Under the pieces are notes generated by a model. The model saw only the letters and a list, made by a program, of their open reading frames with translations. It had not been told where the DNA came from and searched no databases. The translations under genes were made by a program, and so were the position numbers. A stretch of 63,773 nucleotides of DNA, counting the filler, from Octopus bimaculoides (taxonomy: Eukaryota): the NCBI RefSeq assembly GCF_001194135.2. It is 8 parts of 7 records of this genome, joined end to end, with 100 filler letters (N's around TTAATTAATTAA, not from the genome) between each part and the next. Parts side by side here need not be neighbours in the genome. Positions count along the whole stretch, not along the records: positions 8,955 to 25,610 come from NC_068981.1; positions 25,711 to 49,618 come from NC_068985.1; 6 more parts are not named here. One strand, written 5' to 3'. This document shows, piece by piece, positions 24,945 through 37,710 of the stretch (the first letter of the stretch is position 1; the number at the start of each line of letters is the position of its first letter).

Positions 24945-25553
24945 TTGACATGCAAAGCCGTAGACAAACACGCGCCCCACATCCCAAATGATAAGAAATG
25001 CAGGGGACATCTGATAATGCATTCCTATATACATCGCGGCTGAGACGGATATATGTGGATGGTCACGGCCGGAAAGCTTTTGATCATTGGTTCGATTGAT
25101 CAAGGCTTATCTGAGACTAACCGACAACAATAACAACAACAACACAATTTCAAAACTGTCCAATTGATACGAGAAACAAATAAGACGAAACTGGTTCTGT
25201 TTATTTCTGTCCGTGTGTCCGTCTGTCAACCGGTCTCTCTCTTTCTCTCTCTTTCTCTCTCTTTCTCTATCTCTCCACTCTCTCTCTCTCTCTCTCGCTC
25301 TCTCGCTCTCTCAGTCTCTCTCTTTTTGCATGTGTATATACATATATATATAGTATTATGTATGTATGTATGTATGTATGTATGTATGTATATGCATAGG
25401 CGCAGGCATGGTTGTGTGGTAAGAAATCTGCTTCTAAACACACCGTTCCAGGTTCAGTCCCACTGCATGGCACTTTGGGCGAGTGTTTCTCAATAAAGTC
25501 GCCGGGTAACCAAAGCCTTGTCGCTGGATTTAGTAGTCGTGTGTGTGTGTATG

Positions 25554-25610
<57 letters not shown>

Positions 25611-25730
25611 NNNNNNNNNNNNNNNNNNNNNNNNNNNNNNNNNNNNNNNNNNNNTTAATTAATTAANNNNNNNNNNNNNNNNNNNNNNNNNNNNNNNNNN
25701 NNNNNNNNNNCACACACACACACATATATA

Positions 25731-25893
25731 TAGGCATAGGCATGGCTGTGTGGTAAAAAGCTTGCTTCCCAACCACAAGGTTCTGGGTTCAGTCCCACTG
25801 CATGGCATCTTGAGCAAATGTCTTCTGCTATAGCTTTGGGCTGACCAAAGACTTATGAGTGGATTTGGCAGACAGAAACTAAAAGAAGCCCAC

Positions 25894-25924
<31 letters not shown>

Positions 25925-26160
25925 ATGTGTGTGTGTGGGTGTATTTGTGTCTGTGTGTGTCTCTGTGTATCCCCCACCATCGCTTGATAACCAATGCTGG
26001 CGTGTTTACGTGTTCCCGCAACTTAGATGTTTGGCAAAAGTGTCCGGTAGAATAAGTACTAGACTTACAAAGAATAAGTCCTGGGGTCAATTTGTTTGAT
26101 TAAAGGCAGTGCTCCAGCATGGCTGCAGACATATGACTGAAACAAATACAAGAATAAAAG
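25731..26160 (+). mobile_element. SINE family A, full length with internal (TG)n
   Basis: Head, core, microsatellite and 3' part ending GACTGAAACAA..AAGA. Confidence 0.8.
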
Positions 26161-26566
26161 AAAAAAATATATATATATATATGTGTGTGTGTACATACAT
26201 ACATTATATGTATATATATATATTTCCATGCACATGCATGTACATATATGCACGCAATGCATGCAAGCATATTCTTACGAGCATGTGAATGTGCATCTGT
26301 GCATGCATGTTCATGCACAGAAACAAAGTGAAAATGCATATATGCATTAATGGAGGGTATATAGAGTAGGAGAGACACCATACATGGTATATATACCATG
26401 TATATATATATATATATATNNNNNNNNNNNNNNNNNNNNNNNNNNNNNNNNNNNNNNNNNNNNNNNNNNNNNNNNNNNNNNNNNNNNNNNNNNNNNNNNN
26501 NNNNNNNNNNNNNNNNNNNNNNNNNNNNNNNNNNNNNNNNNNNNNNNNNNNNNNNNNNNNNNNNNN

Positions 26567-26612
<46 letters not shown>

Positions 26613-26657
26613 TACACATACATAAATATATACATATATATGCTTTGTGTGTGTGTA

Positions 26658-26702
<45 letters not shown>

Positions 26703-26904
26703 GAGGATGCACTGTTTCAGACCCTTTTAGGGCTAAACATGCATGCATAACCACATACATTCATATTTATACAGCAGATATATCATACATTTATATATAT
26801 GTATGTGTGTGTGTATGCGTACGGATATACATATATATATGGATATATATATAAATAGGCATGCATAAATATATATATGGATATCTATCTATTTATCTAT
26901 TTAT

Positions 26905-26950
<46 letters not shown>

Positions 26951-28512
26951 GTGCATGCATATCTATATATATATATACATACATATTTATATATATATAT
27001 TATTTTGTAAACGAACTTACATGGGCAAAGGGATATGATGTGGGCAGCACACGAATGTATATACACTCCTCTCTTAGTCCGAAAGTCTAACGTTACAAAA
27101 ATGTATGTTTTATATATGTACATATTTACCTCTATGATTACATATACATAGATATTTTATGAATAGATACAAGCTAGTAATTAGTTGAGAAAGCTCTCAA
27201 GGGAGTGTAGAAGTCTACACAATATTCCTTTCTGTTTGCCTATATCTAGAATTATGTTTTGTTTTATATATATATATTTTTGGGTTTTTCTGAGTGTTTT
27301 GAGGCTGCAAGTTTTTTTTGTAGTTGCTTTTCTTTCGTTTGGGAAGGGGTTATTTCTTGTTTCAATTTTTTGTTTTTTGCAGTGCATGCAGGTTCAGTAA
27401 CCCCTTCGTATTGAACCACAGAATATTCCAGACAACCATTTTTATTAGTGGTCCTTTATTAGGCTCCTGGGATGAATTGATGTATGCATGCATATATGTA
27501 TGTTATGCATGTGATATATGTGATTGTGTGTGTGTTTTTGCGTGTGTGTTTGTGTGTGTGTGTTTGTGTGTGTGTATGTGTGCATCTGTGTATGTTATTG
27601 TATGTTTAGCTGTTTATGTATTTATCCATTCATCCATTTATTCATTCATCCATCCAACTATACATCTGCCTATCTGTCTCCCTATTTATTTATAAATCTA
27701 TGCCACTTTTTGTTTATATCCATATCCCAGCTCTCTCTCTCTCTCTCTCTCCCCCTCTCTCTCTCTCCCTCTCTCTCTCTCTTCCTCTCATATTATACTC
27801 TTATATATACATATAAATATATATATATTTATATATACTTTCACACTCAAACATACAAATACTGATATATATCATTTTAGCATTTTATATATATACATAT
27901 ACGTGTGTGTCTTTACATATATATATATATATATNNNNNNNNNNNNNNNNNNNNNNNNNNNNNNNNNNNNNNNNNNNNNNNNNNNNNNNNNNNNNNNNNN
28001 NNNNNNNNNNNNNNNNNNNNNNNNNNNNNNNNNNNNNNNNNNNNNNNNNNNNNNNNNNNNNNNNNNNNNNNNNNNNNNNNNNNNNNNNNNNNNNNNNNNN
28101 NNNNNNNNNNNNNNNNNNNNNNNNNNNNNNNNNNNNNNNNNNNNNNNNNNNNNNNNNNNNNNNNNNNNNNNNNNNNNNNNNNNNNNNNNNNNNNNNNNNN
28201 NNNNNNNNNNNNNNNNNNNNNNNNNNNNNNNNNNNNNNNNNNNNNNNNNNNNNNNNNNNNNNNNNNNNNNNNNNNNNNNNNNNNNNNNNNNNNNNNNNNN
28301 NNNNNNNNNNNNNNNNNNNNNNNNNNNNNNNNNNNNNNNNNNNNNNNNNNNNNNNNNNNNNNNNNNNNNNNNNNNNNNNNNNNNNNNNNNNNNNNNNNNN
28401 NNNNNNNNNNNNNNNNNNNNNNNNNNNNNNNNNNNNNNNNNNNNNNNNNNNNNNNNNNNNNNNNNNNNNNNNNNNNNNNNNNNNNNNNNNNNNNNNNNNN
28501 NNNNNNNNNNNN

Positions 28513-28555
<43 letters not shown>

Positions 28556-29900
28556 CTGTATATATATATAACTTCCTTCTTTTTATCCATAAACATTATA
28601 TATATTATTTCCATATAATATGGATGGAATAGGTCACATATTAATATAATGAAAAGTTTTGCTGCTTTTCATAAATTTATCTATTACTTCATAAGTTTAT
28701 TATTATTTTTTTAATTTTTACGTCTGTCAATGCTTTTATTGTATCTAATTAATTTAATACCCAACTTATCCAAACATTTTGAGCTTCATTCAGCATTTTC
28801 AAGATAATAGAGAATCAGGCGTAGTTATGCTACTGACATGGTTCCGTATTTATGGAAATCCCTTTGTTAACCATATGGTCTTGAATTATATCACAGACAA
28901 GTACCTTGGGTAAGTGTCTTCTACTGTAGCCTTGAGTCAATCAAAGCCTTTTCAAAAGAACTGGTAAGCAGAAACTGTATGGAAGCCCATCTCTTTCTGC
29001 CTTTCTAATCATGGGTCTCTACGTCAGTGAGACACTTGTTCCTGTGTCTCTGTCATATTTTAATTTCTCAATACCTGCCATAAACCCACGTTTTTCAGTA
29101 CTGCACTCCCACTCATTTAACGGGTTTGTCTTGTGAGTTACTTGGTGACCACATTAGGGCTGGTGCCATGGAAAAAAAACAAAAAACGTGCAGTACACAC
29201 AATATAGCAGTTGATATTATGAAGGGCATCTAGTCATAGAAACCATGCCAAACCATCGAGCCCATGCCAGTATGGAAAAACAGACTTGAAATGATGATGA
29301 TGATGATGATATATANNNNNNNNNNNNNNNNNNNNNNNNNNNNNNNNNNNNNNNNNNNNNNNNNNNNNNNNNNNNNNNNNNNNNNNNNNNNNNNNNNNNN
29401 NNNNNNNNNNNNNNNNNNNNNNNNNNNNNNNNNNNNNNNNNNNNNNNNNNNNNNNNNNNNNNNNNNNNNNNNNNNNNNNNNNNNNNNNNNNNNNNNNNNN
29501 NNNNNNNNNNNNNNNNNNNNNNNNNNNNNNNNNNNNNNNNNNNNNNNNNNNNNNNNNNNNNNATGGGTACGGATGTCAAAAAAAACATGAACAAAATGAG
29601 GAACAAGAACAAAAAAAACAAAAGCACGGAAAACAAACTTTTTTCAAACAATAAAAGAAACAAATAGAGTATATATATATATATAAGTGTATGAGTAGCA
29701 GTTTTTAGGAACAATAATTTCTCATTAGAAAAGCAATCCCTCAAATGTATGCCAGCATGGAAAGCAAATTAAAAATGAAGATGATGATGATATGCATATT
29801 ACATATATATGTGTGTGTGTGTATATATATATATATCGATAGATGGAGAGACAAACAGACAGGCAGGTAGACAGATAGGTATGCAACCAGATAGATAAAG

Positions 29901-29945
<45 letters not shown>

Positions 29946-30184
29946 TACATACTTATATACATACATGTATGAATATACAAACACACATGCACACACGAAT
30001 GCAATGTAAGGGGAGTTTCAAGATGTTCACTTTGTCAACTAGAAATAGCAGCCAAATCTCACATAAAACATATTCTGCAATTTTAAGAAGTGGAATAACA
30101 CATTGTAGCTCTGGACTGACTACCTCTGAAAATATAATGAAATGGAACTAATCTATAATATTTTTAATCATATGTCTACAAAAT

Positions 30185-30600
30185 CAGGCTTTAATCATTA
30201 GGTTTATTGATTGATTGAGGCTTTAATCATAGGTCTATTCAATGAGATCTTTAAACAAATGTTTGCTCAGTCAAGGATTTTATCAGTCTACCAGAGTCAG
30301 TGCTTTGATCATAGCTCTTCTCAGTCAGAACTTTGTGATCAGAGTTTTAATCATAAGACTGCCTTTTCAGAACTGAAGCTTGATCATACCTTTAAATATA
30401 GACCTGCTTGATCATGTCTTTAATTATAGACTTGCTCGACCATGTCTTTCATTACTGGTCTCATAATTAGATACTTAAACATATATCTACTCAATTAGAG
30501 CTCAAATCATTGGTCTGTTTAATCAGAGTTACAGCTTTAATCATAGATTTGTTCAATTGAGATATTAATCATGATTCTACTTGACCAAGGCTGTAAACCT
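30185..30600. repeat. Degenerate minisatellite, unit about 28-29 bp (GCTTTAATCATAGACTTGCTCGATCAGA-like)
   Basis: Recurrent TTTAATCATAG / TTGATCA(G/T) phases across about 400 bp. Confidence 0.6.
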
Positions 30601-30969
30601 GAAGTCTAATCCATCAGGAGCTATCTTAGCAGCATTATGGGTCCCCAGGAAAATCAATGCACTAGACTCTAATATTTGCTTTTTTGACAGCAAGCTACAG
30701 CATACATAGATCATAAGTGAGTCCCTAATTTCATGAAGTCTCTGGGCAAGAGCCTAGTATGCTCAGGCCTTAAGACAGCACTGATTAGCTTTATGATTAT
30801 GAACATTTACCATAGCTTTGGGTCAACTCAAGTGTTGTCAGTGAATTTGGATTGATGGAAACTATGCAGAAGCCTATCACATGAATACTATTTTTATTTA
30901 ATTCAAAGATCTATTTCTTGTTACACTGTCACATTAATTTTACCTGCAGATTTTGTTAAGGAAAGATAT

Positions 30970-31312
30970 ACGTGCAGGGTGGCTATGTGGTAAGAAGTTA
31001 GCTTCCCAACCATATTGTTCTGAGTTCAGTTCCACTGCATGGCACCTTGCACAATTGTCTTCTACTATAGCTCCAGGCTGACCAAAGCCTTGTGAGTGGA
31101 TTTGATACATGGAAACTGAAAGAAGCCCATCGTATATAAATATATAAACATAAGTGCAGGAGTGGCTGTGTGGTAAGTAGCCAGCTTACCATCCACATGT
31201 TTCAGGGTTCAGTTCCACTGCTTAGCACCTCAGGCAAGTGTCTTCTACCATAACCTTGGGCCAACCAAATCTTTAGGAGTGGATTTGGTAGATGGAAATG
31301 GAAAGCCCATTG

Positions 31313-31348
<36 letters not shown>

Positions 31349-31830
31349 TGTTTGTATATATGTATGTGTATGTATGTATTTGTGTGTCTGTGTTCGTACC
31401 CCCATCATCGCTTGACAACCGATGCTGGTATGTTTACATACATGTAACTTAGCAGTTTGACAAAAGTGACTGATAGAATAAGTACTAGGCTTACAAAGAA
31501 TAAGTCCTGGGGTTGATTTGTTCGAATAAAAGTGGTGCTCCAGCATGGCTGCAGTCAAATGACTGAAACAAGTAAAAGAATAGAAGAATGTGTTTGTGTG
31601 TGTGTGTGTGTGTGTCTGTGTTCCCCATCACTACCACCACCACTGTTTGTCAACCAGTGTTAGTGTTACATTCCCATGACTTAGTGGTTCAGCAAAAGAC
31701 CCTAATAGAATAAGTAGCAAGCTTAAAAAAGTAAATATGTACTGGAGTCGATCCATTCAGCTAAAATCCCTCAAGGCGGTGCCCCAGCATGGCCACAGTC
31801 TGATGACTGAAACAAGTAAGATATAAAAGA
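30970..31830 (+). mobile_element. Cluster of nested/tandem SINE family A copies
   Basis: Heads near 30975 and 31155, a body at 31200-31590 and an extra 3' half at 31600-31830. Confidence 0.7.
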
Positions 31831-31987
31831 TGCTTGTGGAATACTCAGCCACCACCCATGCTAATTCAATGAGTAAGTAATCTTGTTTACCGAACACCTT
31901 AGTGCCCACACATGTTGAAATCAACATGAGAGCCCCATCATCTGAAGGGCAAGAGTCCTACACAGAGGCTTCTACATTTCATCATTT

Positions 31988-32019
<32 letters not shown>

Positions 32020-32108
32020 TGTACTTGCATAGCAAATCACCTGATCTGATATCGAGTGCTGGAACGAAGACAATTGCAGTGTGGAAGGTATTTATAAGCC
32101 ATTTAAGA

Positions 32109-32297
32109 AACACACAAAAACCATTAGATTCACTTCAACATTTAAATTTAATTTGCCAGAATATTTTCGTTGCTTTGAGACCGCGACCTGTTCACTGACA
32201 AAATTCCATGGTGAACAGGTCGCGGTCTCAAAGTGACGAAAATATTTTGGCAAATTAAATTTAAATGTTGAAGTGAATCTAATGTTTTTTGTGTGTT
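32109..32297. repeat. Near-perfect palindrome, 87-bp arms and 15-nt loop (foldback MITE centre)
   Basis: 32109-32195 versus 32211-32297 reverse complement, 4 mismatches; runs into an N gap. Confidence 0.9.
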
Positions 32298-32599
32298 NNN
32301 NNNNNNNNNNNNNNNNNNNNNNNNNNNNNNNNNNNNNNNNNNNNNNNNNNNNNNNNNNNNNNNNNNNNNNNNNNNNNNNNNNNNNNNNNNNNNNNNNNNN
32401 NNNNNNNNNNNNNNNNNNNNNNNNNNNNNNNNNNNNNNNNNNNNNNNNNNNNNNNNNNNNNNNNNNNNNNNNNNNNNNNNNNNNNNNNNNNNNNNNNNNN
32501 NNNNNNNNNNNNNNNNNNNNNNNNNNNNNNNNNNNNNNNNNNNNNNNNNNNNNNNNNNNNNNNNNNNNNNNNNNNNNNNNNNNNNNNNNNTATATATAC

Positions 32600-33040
32600 G
32601 TAATTATTAAGCAGGACATCAAACATTAAGGCAAGGCAAACATCTCAAGCCGTATACAATATTATTACAGGAAGAAATTCAAAATCTTACACCTGTTTCT
32701 GGGATATCCCCGAGTATGGGATATTCCATCATCAGAGACAAATAGGGAAAATGAGAATGGTATATATTAATGAGATGACGACATAGAGGAAGGGAGTAAA
32801 AGAATAAGGAGATGGGAAGAAAAAAGAAAAAAGAAGCATAAAAGTTCATAGTTCAACTTTGTGAAGTTATAGAAACTAAAGCATGAGTCCTTAGGTGCAA
32901 TCCTACGTAGATCCATTAGTGTAAGCCTTTAGGTGCAATCCTGCGTAGATCCATGTGGGTTAAAATCCTGATATAGTAGACATCCCAAGAAAAAAGACAT
33001 GAACTTATCAACATTCACTAAGAGCACTTACCTAGCATAC
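32600..33040 (-). mobile_element. Probable Penelope-like element pseudo-LTR remnant carrying the hammerhead
   Basis: Unique sequence around the ribozyme with purine-rich spacer and a 26-bp internal duplication (32891, 32929). Assignment rests on the known PLE-hammerhead association; no RT or GIY-YIG ORF seen. Confidence 0.4.
32684..32740 (-). ncRNA. Minimal type-I hammerhead ribozyme motif (Penelope-type)
   Basis: UGUCU-CUGAUGA-[UGGAAUAUCCC auacucg GGGAUAUCCCA]-GAAAC-AGGU-GUA/AGAU: complete core, 11-bp stem II with one A-C mismatch, 4-bp stem I, 2-bp stem III. Confidence 0.75.
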
Positions 33041-33080
33041 CTAATTGTTTAGATCACCTGTGAAGTAAACCCCCATACTT

Positions 33081-33140
<60 letters not shown>

Positions 33141-34154
33141 CACACATGTATATATATACACATTAATTAATATGGCATTGTCCCCTATTACAAAACATCT
33201 CAACAACTGCAAGCAATATAGAAATGACCATATCAATCAAAGCTTTCATTTTTAACTGTCAGTAAATTACATATTTAAAAAGAAGTATTTATAAGGCCTC
33301 TGTACAACCACAAAATTGACAATAGCCAGGAGCTTGTTTTCTTCATTGTTATAAGTTAATTGCATGATTTGATCATCACTAGCTATATGCCCTGGAGTAC
33401 CCTTCAACTGCATAATACATTTGGATGGGTTTAGTTTTCCAGTCTCCTTTCTTGTTTCAAAATGTTTGATTCATGATTAAGGTTTCTCAAAACTGAAATA
33501 TTGAATTATTTTAGTTATCTTCACCTTTCTGTTAAATTACTTTCTGCACCTTTCTTAGTTCTATCTATTTATCTATCTTTCTATCTATCTACCTACCTAC
33601 CTACCTCTGTGTTCAGCCCTGTGTGGTCAATAAAGAAAGTTATCTATCTATCTGTCTGTCTATTTGTCTGTCTGTCTGTCTGTCTGTCTATCTACCTACC
33701 TATCCATCTATCTAGTAATCTGTTAACATACATACCTACCTACCTATCTATCTGTTTGTCTGTCTGCCTGTCTGTCTGTCTTTCTGTCTATCTAACTATC
33801 TATCTACCTACCTTTNNNNNNNNNNNNNNNNNNNNNNNNNNNNNNNNNNNNNNNNNNNNNNNNNNNNNNNNNNNNNNNNNNNNNNNNNNNNNNNNNNNNN
33901 NNNNNNNNNNNNNNNNNNNNNNNNNNNNNNNNNNNNNNNNNNNNNNNNNNNNNNNNNNNNNNNNNNNNNNNNNNNNNNNNNNNNNNNNNNNNNNNNNNNN
34001 NNNNNNNNNNNNNNNNNNNNNNNNNNNNNNNNNNNNNNNNNNNNNNNNNNNNNNNNNNNNNNNNNNNNNNNNNNNNNNNNNNNNNNNNNNNNNNNNNNNN
34101 NNNNNNNNNNNNNNNNNNNNNNNNNNNNNNNNNNNNNNNNNNNNNNNNNNNNNN

Positions 34155-34468
34155 AGCGCCAACCTCTCGGCTATTACTTTGGCCAAAATTTTCAAATCTG
34201 CGTTGAGCAGAGTGATGGGCCTGAAATTATCTATAAAATTCCCCTTGTTTGGGTCTTTCTTCAGCAATGTCACTGCACCTCGGCTCACGAAACCGGGAAT
34301 TCTCCCGTTTTGTTGCCAGTTGCAGTAGACTGATGCCAAGAGGTCGCCAAACAAGTCTGGCATTTGACAATACAGCTCGTAGGGTAGACCATCCAATCCA
34401 GGCGACTTATCCCTCGCGCAGCCCGCCATAGCATCCCTTACTTCAGCAGCTGTGATGGGACCCTCAGG
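34155..34468 (-). mobile_element. L1/Tx1-type LINE RT N-terminal fragment
   Basis: EGPITAAEVRDAMAGCARDKSPGLDGLPYELY...NFRPITLLNADLKILAKVIAERLA; open frame running into an N gap. Confidence 0.92.
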
Positions 34469-34878
34469 ACTTATTCCTTGTAAGCCTATAGTGCTTATTC
34501 TATCTGTCTCTCTTTTGCTGAACCATTAAGTTATGGGGACATAAACACACTAACATTGGTTGTCAAGTGATAATGGGAGAACAAACACAGACACAAACAC
34601 ACACTCATACTCACACAGAGCAAGAGAGAGAAAGAGAGACAATGTTTGTACATACATGTTGTACTTGCTTCAGTTGCTTTAGTCATTGAACTGTGGTCAT
34701 GCTGGAGCACTGCCTTGAAGAGTTTAGTGGATCAAATCGGCCCCGTTACTTATTTTTATGGGTCTGTTTCTGATTCTATCGATCTCTTTTGCTGTAACTC
34801 TAAGTTGCATGGACGTGAGCAGGGCGACACCAGTTATCAAGTAGGTGGGAGAAACAAATACAACACAACAAAGACACA

Positions 34879-34919
<41 letters not shown>

Positions 34920-36204
34920 ACACACACACACACACAGATGCACGCATTAACACACATATAAGACATATATTCCATGCTTGCATGGGTTTAACAAAATTTG
35001 TTTAACCAGTATTCTGTGACTGGATGCTTCTTCTGTCACCAACCCTTACTTGTTTCTGAATAAGCCTTTTTTAATATTTCCTTGGTCTTTCTCATGATGA
35101 ACTGCTCAGGGACTAGATATAATTTCTATGGCCATACTAAACAAGGACATTCAACTGAAAATGTGAAAACAATGCGAAATGTAACAGCAAGCAATGGCAA
35201 AAATCATCAGCTCTGAATCATCATCATCATCATCATCATCATTATCATAACATCATCATCATCATAACATCATCATCATCATCATCATAATCATCATCAT
35301 TTAACTTCCATTGTTCATCCTGGTATGGGTTGGACAGTTTGGCCGGGGTTGGTAAACTGAGGGACTGTACCAGCCTAATCTGATTTGGTATGGTTTCTAT
35401 GACTAGATGCCCTTTCTAATACCAACCACTCTGGGAGTGTAAGGGGTTGCTTTTACATGCCACTAGCACAAGTGCCAGTTGCATGACACCAGTATCTGTC
35501 ACAGCTATGATTTTACTTGGCTTGATGGGTCTTCTACTCAAGCACAGCATATTGCCAAAGGTCTAGGTTACTTGTCATTGTCTCTGTGGATAAATAAATA
35601 CATAAATAAATGTATGCACACACATGCACACTGATGAACCCATACAGATGCAAATGCTATACATGCACACACAAGCACACAAACACACACACATGTATGT
35701 ACATACGGGAGCAGAATAAAACAGATTTGCTAAAAGTCTTTATTATAGCATCATAAATTACATAATCTTTAAATGTGTTTCACTTGCATGTACTATGTCA
35801 TGCACTAATTGTTATGAAGATGAGTGCATACTCACCTCAGATCACCAGATCTTCAGAAGAAAATAGTAATTTAATGTGTTGTTAATTACTAAACTTACTT
35901 GGTGAGTGGCTGAAAATGAAAATTGCATATAGTAGAACCTTTTATATATATGACAGTTAAGATGAGGAATTTCATTTTCATTTTATCTGTGAGAGAAAGA
36001 AAGGAGGGAAAATAAAATGGTTGTAAGTGTAGCTGTGGTGTCAGGGGAAATAATTAATTCAACATCTAAACTATTGTAGATAAAAGAGAAAACTTGGAGT
36101 TTGTGATAATAAATAGCTAAGAATTTAATGGTAGATAAACAAGCCAGATAATACATCTTGTTCTCTCATATTCTTGCATACTCTCATTCATGCTTGTTAC
36201 ACAT

Positions 36205-36555
36205 ATTGTTTTATTTTTTAGTCAAACAAATCGACCCCAGAACTTATTTCTTAAGCCTCGTACTTATTTTATTGGTCTCTTTTGTTGAGTCGCTAAGTTA
36301 CAGGGATGTAAACACACCAACACCAGTTGTCAAGTGGTGATTGTGGGTGGGTGGGGGACAAACACAGACACAAAGACATACATACATATGATGGACTTCT
36401 TTCAGTTTCCATCTACCAAATCTACTCACAAGGCTTTGGTTGGCCCAGGGCTATAGTAAAAGACACTTGCCCAAAGTGCCACACTGTGAGACTGAATCTG
36501 GAACCTTGTGGCTGGGAAGTAAACTTCTTACCACACAGCTACACCTGCACCTATG
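36205..36555 (-). mobile_element. SINE family A
   Basis: Reverse complement of the family A body and head. Confidence 0.75.
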
Positions 36556-36902
36556 TAGAAATATAAGTTTTTATTTACTTATACATACCAAAGTATGTAT
36601 ATATATCTAGGTATCTAAGCATAGACTTACACACAAGGTAGCATAGCTTCATATTCTTGATTACATGTATACACATACAGTTCATTTTTATCTCTTCAGT
36701 AAGATGAACATATGTACCGACAACTAACCCTAGGAAAAGTAAAGTGAGTGGAAAAAAAAAAACTCAGCCCCATCTGAGACCCTAATCAATTCATCAAAAA
36801 TAAATTTAAGGATCTTTAAATTAATTTCATTAATTCATGTATTTAGAACTGGCATATATATTAGATCATATATCAGTGTAGGTGACAAGGTAAATATATA
36901 CA

Positions 36903-36936
<34 letters not shown>

Positions 36937-36981
36937 NNNNNNNNNNNNNNNNNNNNNNNNNNNNNNNNNNNNNNNNNNTAT

Positions 36982-37018
<37 letters not shown>

Positions 37019-37375
37019 CACACACCTACACATATACATACATATATACACATATGTATTTCACAGATGAGATCCAAAGATTCTCCGTATAAAAGACACT
37101 TAGTAGTGGTCAAAAGATTCAAACTTAGTCTCCGATGTCTTTACAGGGGGTCATTCCACAAGGTAAAGGATGGTTATAAGAGGGATCAAGTTGAGTGGGT
37201 ATAGAGGCAATTATGCAGATTAGCAAATTAAACACATCAAATATATTAAGTACATCAAATTACATCAAATACAGAATATATATGTATACATTTGATGTAC
37301 TTAATATATTTAATGTATTTGATGTGTTTAATTTGTTTATCTGCATAATTGCCTCTATATACAGATATACATGTG

Positions 37376-37710
37376 GAGGCGCAATGGCCCAGTGGTTAGG
37401 GCAGCAGACTCGCGATCATAGGATCGCGGTTTTGATTCCCAGAGCTGGTGTTGTGAGTGTTTATTGAGCGAAAACACCTAAAAAGCTCCACCACAACTTT
37501 CTCTTACTCTTACTTTCTGTTTCTGCTGTGCCTGTAATTCAAAGGGTCAGCCTTGTCACACTGCGTCACGCTGAATATCCCCGAGAACTACGTTAAGGGT
37601 ACACATGTCTGTGGAGTGCTCAGCAACTTGCACGTTAATTTCACGAGCAGGTTGTTCCGTTGATCAGATCAACTGGAACCCTCGACATTGTAAGCGACGG
37701 AGTACCAACA
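37376..37710 (+). mobile_element. tRNA-derived SINE family B
   Basis: GGAGGCGCAATGGCCCAGTGGTTAGGGCAGCAGACTCGCG head (tRNA-like); truncated relative at 9555-9694. Confidence 0.75.

Noticed and set aside
28770-28830. ILSFIQHFQDNR resembling the RNF123 KHFADAR exon
   Set aside because: No suitable acceptor or phase-1 GT donor, and the following residues do not match.
37074-37169. 96-nt plus-strand exon-like segment MRSKDSPYK...GSFHK with AG/GT ends
   Set aside because: No resemblance to RNF123 or any protein I recognise; such signals are expected by chance.
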